Shown here one piece after another: positions 44,494-47,600 of a stretch of DNA of 47,600 bases (positions are counted from its first letter, which is position 1; each line of letters begins with the position of its first letter). A program made the translations under genes and the position numbers. The notes under the pieces were generated by a model. It ran no database searches and was not told the DNA's origin. It worked only from the letters and a program-made list of their open reading frames with translations. Where the stretch lies: the NCBI GenBank assembly GCA_033442325.1, contig JAWQFM010000028.1:703329-750928 (forward strand), in the 5' to 3' direction. The stretch comes from Salpingoeca rosetta (taxonomy: Eukaryota > Protista > Choanoflagellata).

Positions 44494-45536
44494 CCAGCCG
44501 GATGTGTGCCTTCAACACGGCTGACATGGATTGCGATGTCCTGTACACGTCGAGCACCGTTTCAACAACGACGACAGCATGCTTGTCTGCTACGCCAGTG
44601 GGCTCTGCAGCAAGTGGTGGTTATTATTGGACAGACGTGGTGTTTGCTGAGAACGGCATTGGCTACGCCTGTCCTGGCTTTGCCACTTCGGTCATGACCA
44701 TCGATCCCACAGACAACAGCGTCAACGAGACAGTCGCGGACGTGTCTGCGTACGGCACGGAGCTCAAGTGGGGTGGCGGCGTCTACGCAAATGGGTCCGT
44801 GTATTGCATCCCGTACGACTATGAAACCGCAGTTCTTGTGATTGACACGAGCGACAACAGCATCAGCACCATCCCCGTGACGAACAACTGCACCGCGTCG
44901 TGCTGGTGGGGTGGCGCGCTGGCCTCCAACGGAAAGATCTACGCTGCCCCGCAAGGCGCGCTCGAGCTTCTCATCATCGACACGGCCACGAACACCGCCG
45001 ACGCGACCATTGACGCCGCGAGCCTCGCTCCCGGCGCCCCATACAGGTGGACTGGCGGCGTGACAGCGTTCGACGGCCGCATCTTCATGGCACCGTGGAA
45101 CAGCAAGAAGATCCTCGTGGTCAACCCTGACACGGACTCCCTTTCCACGATTGACATTCCTGATGTCGGGAGCGCGTTTGCCGACTTCGTCATGGGCCCG
45201 AGCGGCCGGCTGTTTGGCATCCCCGCCACTGCAACGTTCATCCTCATTGTTGACCCTGTCGTGGACAGCCTCGACAGCACCAGCATCACCGGCCTCCCCT
45301 CTGGCAACTACAAGTGGTACGGTGCTGGCATCGGCTCGGATGGCCTCCTTTACTTCACGCCAAATTCCGCAACAACCATCCTCATTGTGAATCCTGACAC
45401 CCTCAGCCTGACGTCCCGTGCCTCCCCCGTCAATGAATGCAACGGCGCTGATGTTTCCGAGGCGGGTGCCATTTACTGCACTCCTGGTACCGACGACGCC
45501 TTCTTGGTCATTGATCCCTCCATGTGTGCCGCGTGA
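41917..45536 (+). CDS. Multi-exon secreted protein: signal peptide, Cys-rich region, poly-Thr mucin stalk, Cys-rich linker, C-terminal 7-blade beta-propeller
   Basis: MHTSTALAVLVALATITVLPLSAYA followed by GT. Exons joined by GT-AG introns: EPALGDE..., GLAECADL..., DCFKVYRC..., VTVDCNRG..., LCRYYGD...T-run...EACIGK, AMFSPNN..., YRMCAFN.... Last exon carries 7 repeats of W.G.v.a.nG.iY.iP.....iLvidp. Confidence 0.8.
43738..43867 (+). repeat. Coding poly-Thr (ACN)n mucin-like stalk
   Basis: ~43 Thr codons with mixed third positions (ACC/ACA/ACT/ACG), consistent with selection at the protein level. Confidence 0.88.
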
Positions 45537-45930
45537 GAGCTAGACGCTGGGGGGGGGAGGCTTGGGAAGGCAGCAAGTTGTGAAGGGGGAAGAGCGTGCT
45601 CCCGTGGACTGTCACTCTTGGTCGTTGCTTGCTTTGATTATCCGTGTGTTGTTGGACACTTGGGGTGTGCTTCGGCCGTATGGTGTGCCTGCTGCCGACT
45701 GTCTTTCTCGATTCCCTCTTTCTTGTCCCTTTCACTGCCTGTCTTGCAGATCTTGTTGTTGTTACACCTTTGTCTGTTGCTCGATGTTCTCTTGTTCCCG
45801 CTTTGTTTTCTGTTGTGTCTTTTGCGTGACTCGTCTTTTCAGTTTCACGTCATGCCCTCCTTTCGTGCATTCGTTGTTCGTGCATGTCGCCCCTTGCAAG
45901 CATTAAGCATCTCAATGATAAAGACAGAGA

Positions 45931-45997
<67 letters not shown>

Positions 45998-46137
45998 GTG
46001 TTGCTTGCATGCACCTTTCGTGATGACGTCACATCCTTTTCGCTCTACGACATCAAAAAGCGCATTTTCGCAACTCCACGCAATCTTCTGTCTGTGCTCC
46101 GACGACCGCAACTACCAAACCAAACCAGCCAGCCACG

Positions 46138-46250
46138 ATGTCTGACCCAGCTGCCGAGATCTCTGTGAAGCCAGCTTCGGACCAGAAGAACATGAAGCCC
46201 TGCTGCGCGTGCCCCGAGACCAAGAAGCCCCGCGACAAGTGGTGGGTTCG

Positions 46251-46310
<60 letters not shown>

Positions 46311-46597
46311 ACGGGGCTGGGTGTTGCTGAAAGAGGTGTACTGTCGCTGTGTTCAACACACATGCACACATGCACACACAGACACAGGCACAGGCACATA
46401 CACTCACTCTCTCCATCTATCTGTCTACCTGTCTCCCCTCTTTGGCTCACATACACATACATTGACGCGCACACACTCTGACGCACACACACTCTCGCCG
46501 TGTCTCACGTTGTATTCTCTGTTCTATGCAGCATTATGGAGTATGGTGAGGAGAACTGCTACCATCTCATCGCTGCACACAAGGTACTGGCATTGTG

Positions 46598-46636
<39 letters not shown>

Positions 46637-46961
46637 TTCTGTCTGTTGTCTGCATGTAGCTGTAGTTGCGTATTCGTGTCGGTCTGTTTCTGCTGTTCCG
46701 CCTCGTTGAACCCGCACACACCCGACCTCCCATTCGCGTGCATCCAACGGCTACTGCTCTGTTGCCCTTCGCATGCGTTCGTGTGCCCTGCACACTTCCC
46801 TTCCTCAACCCCTGTCCCCTCTTCTCACTCACTCTCACTCACTCTCACTCACTCTCACTCACACTCACTCACTCACTCACACTCACATACACGCACACAC
46901 GCCCTCTCATTCTGTTGTTGTGCATCAGGCTTGCATGCAAGCGTTGGGATTCAAGATCTGA
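46138..46961 (+). CDS. COX17: Cytochrome c oxidase copper chaperone COX17 (3 exons: 46138-46241, 46532-46583, 46929-46961; 62 aa)
   Basis: Spliced product [72 protein letters not shown] and twin CX9C motifs; GT-AG introns in phase. Confidence 0.97.
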
Positions 46962-47530
46962 GACACCAACCTGCTGTCCCTCTGTACCTAGGCAAGACGC
47001 GTGCCACCAGCGCATCGTGTGCTGGTGGCATGCATGGTTGCAAAGTGTGTATTATGTGTGTGTGAGTGAAAGCGTTCGTGCGAGACTTGTCACTGCGAGC
47101 GTGTTGCGGACTATCGATGTGAAGTGACAGACTGCCAAACAGTAAAACAGCCCTTAAGTTGGCAGACGAACAAGCGCACACTGCGTGTGCGTGTGAGAGA
47201 CAAGGAGGGGGGAGGGGTTGGAAGCGGCTCAGTCGTGGTGCACGCCAAGCGAACGAGTCAAGCAAGCCAGAGGAGGAGGAGGAGAGGAGAGATTCCGCAC
47301 TCCCGCCATCATCATCAGTGCCTTTTTGATCTGTTGGTCGTGTTTTCCACAACCGCCATTGCCAGCCAGCCAGCCCACAACATGTCGTTGCCTGCAGCGA
47401 GCACTGGCGCTTCAAGCAGCAGCAGCAGTGGTGGTGGCGGCGGGCAGAGGGGAGCTGGTGGTGTCTTGAGCGATGAGTGGGATGTCAAGAACCCACTCCG
47501 ATGCACAGTGGGCGTGGAAGAGGTTGGTGA

Positions 47531-47600
<70 letters not shown>

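Noticed and set aside
47410-47535. Minus-strand frame NLFHAHCASEWVLDIPLIAQ...AAAA* resembling a RING-H2 fragment
   Set aside because: No AG acceptor after the CA repeat, no downstream CxxC, and it sits at the window edge, so it cannot be supported

Overview
Eukaryotic, intron-rich, microsatellite-saturated genomic DNA. Gene content and style suggest a choanoflagellate such as Salpingoeca rosetta; this is an inference and was not verified. Most listed ORFs are artefacts of (CA)/(TG) repeats. Manual splicing gives these genes in order: (1) the 3' end of a type I membrane protein with a YxxPhi tail; (2) a ~13 kb minus-strand semaphorin-like receptor (signal peptide, N-terminal extension, Sema, PSI, ~7 FN3, SEA with FAPG/SVVV, TM, Tyr/Pro-motif tail); (3) an intronless secreted coiled-coil + glycine-rich-domain gene; (4) a Chk2-like FHA-kinase whose catalytic C-lobe exons are missing; (5) a ~20 kb LYST-like BEACH/WD40 gene; (6) an intronless bacterial-type YrhK membrane protein; (7) a secreted Cys-rich/mucin/7-blade beta-propeller protein; (8) COX17. 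The most striking non-genic signal is a polarised intron design. On the transcribed strand introns begin with G/T-rich repeats and end with complementary C/A-rich repeats, often with no polypyrimidine tract, which suggests RNA-structure-assisted splicing. Internal exon boundaries were read by eye and are approximate.
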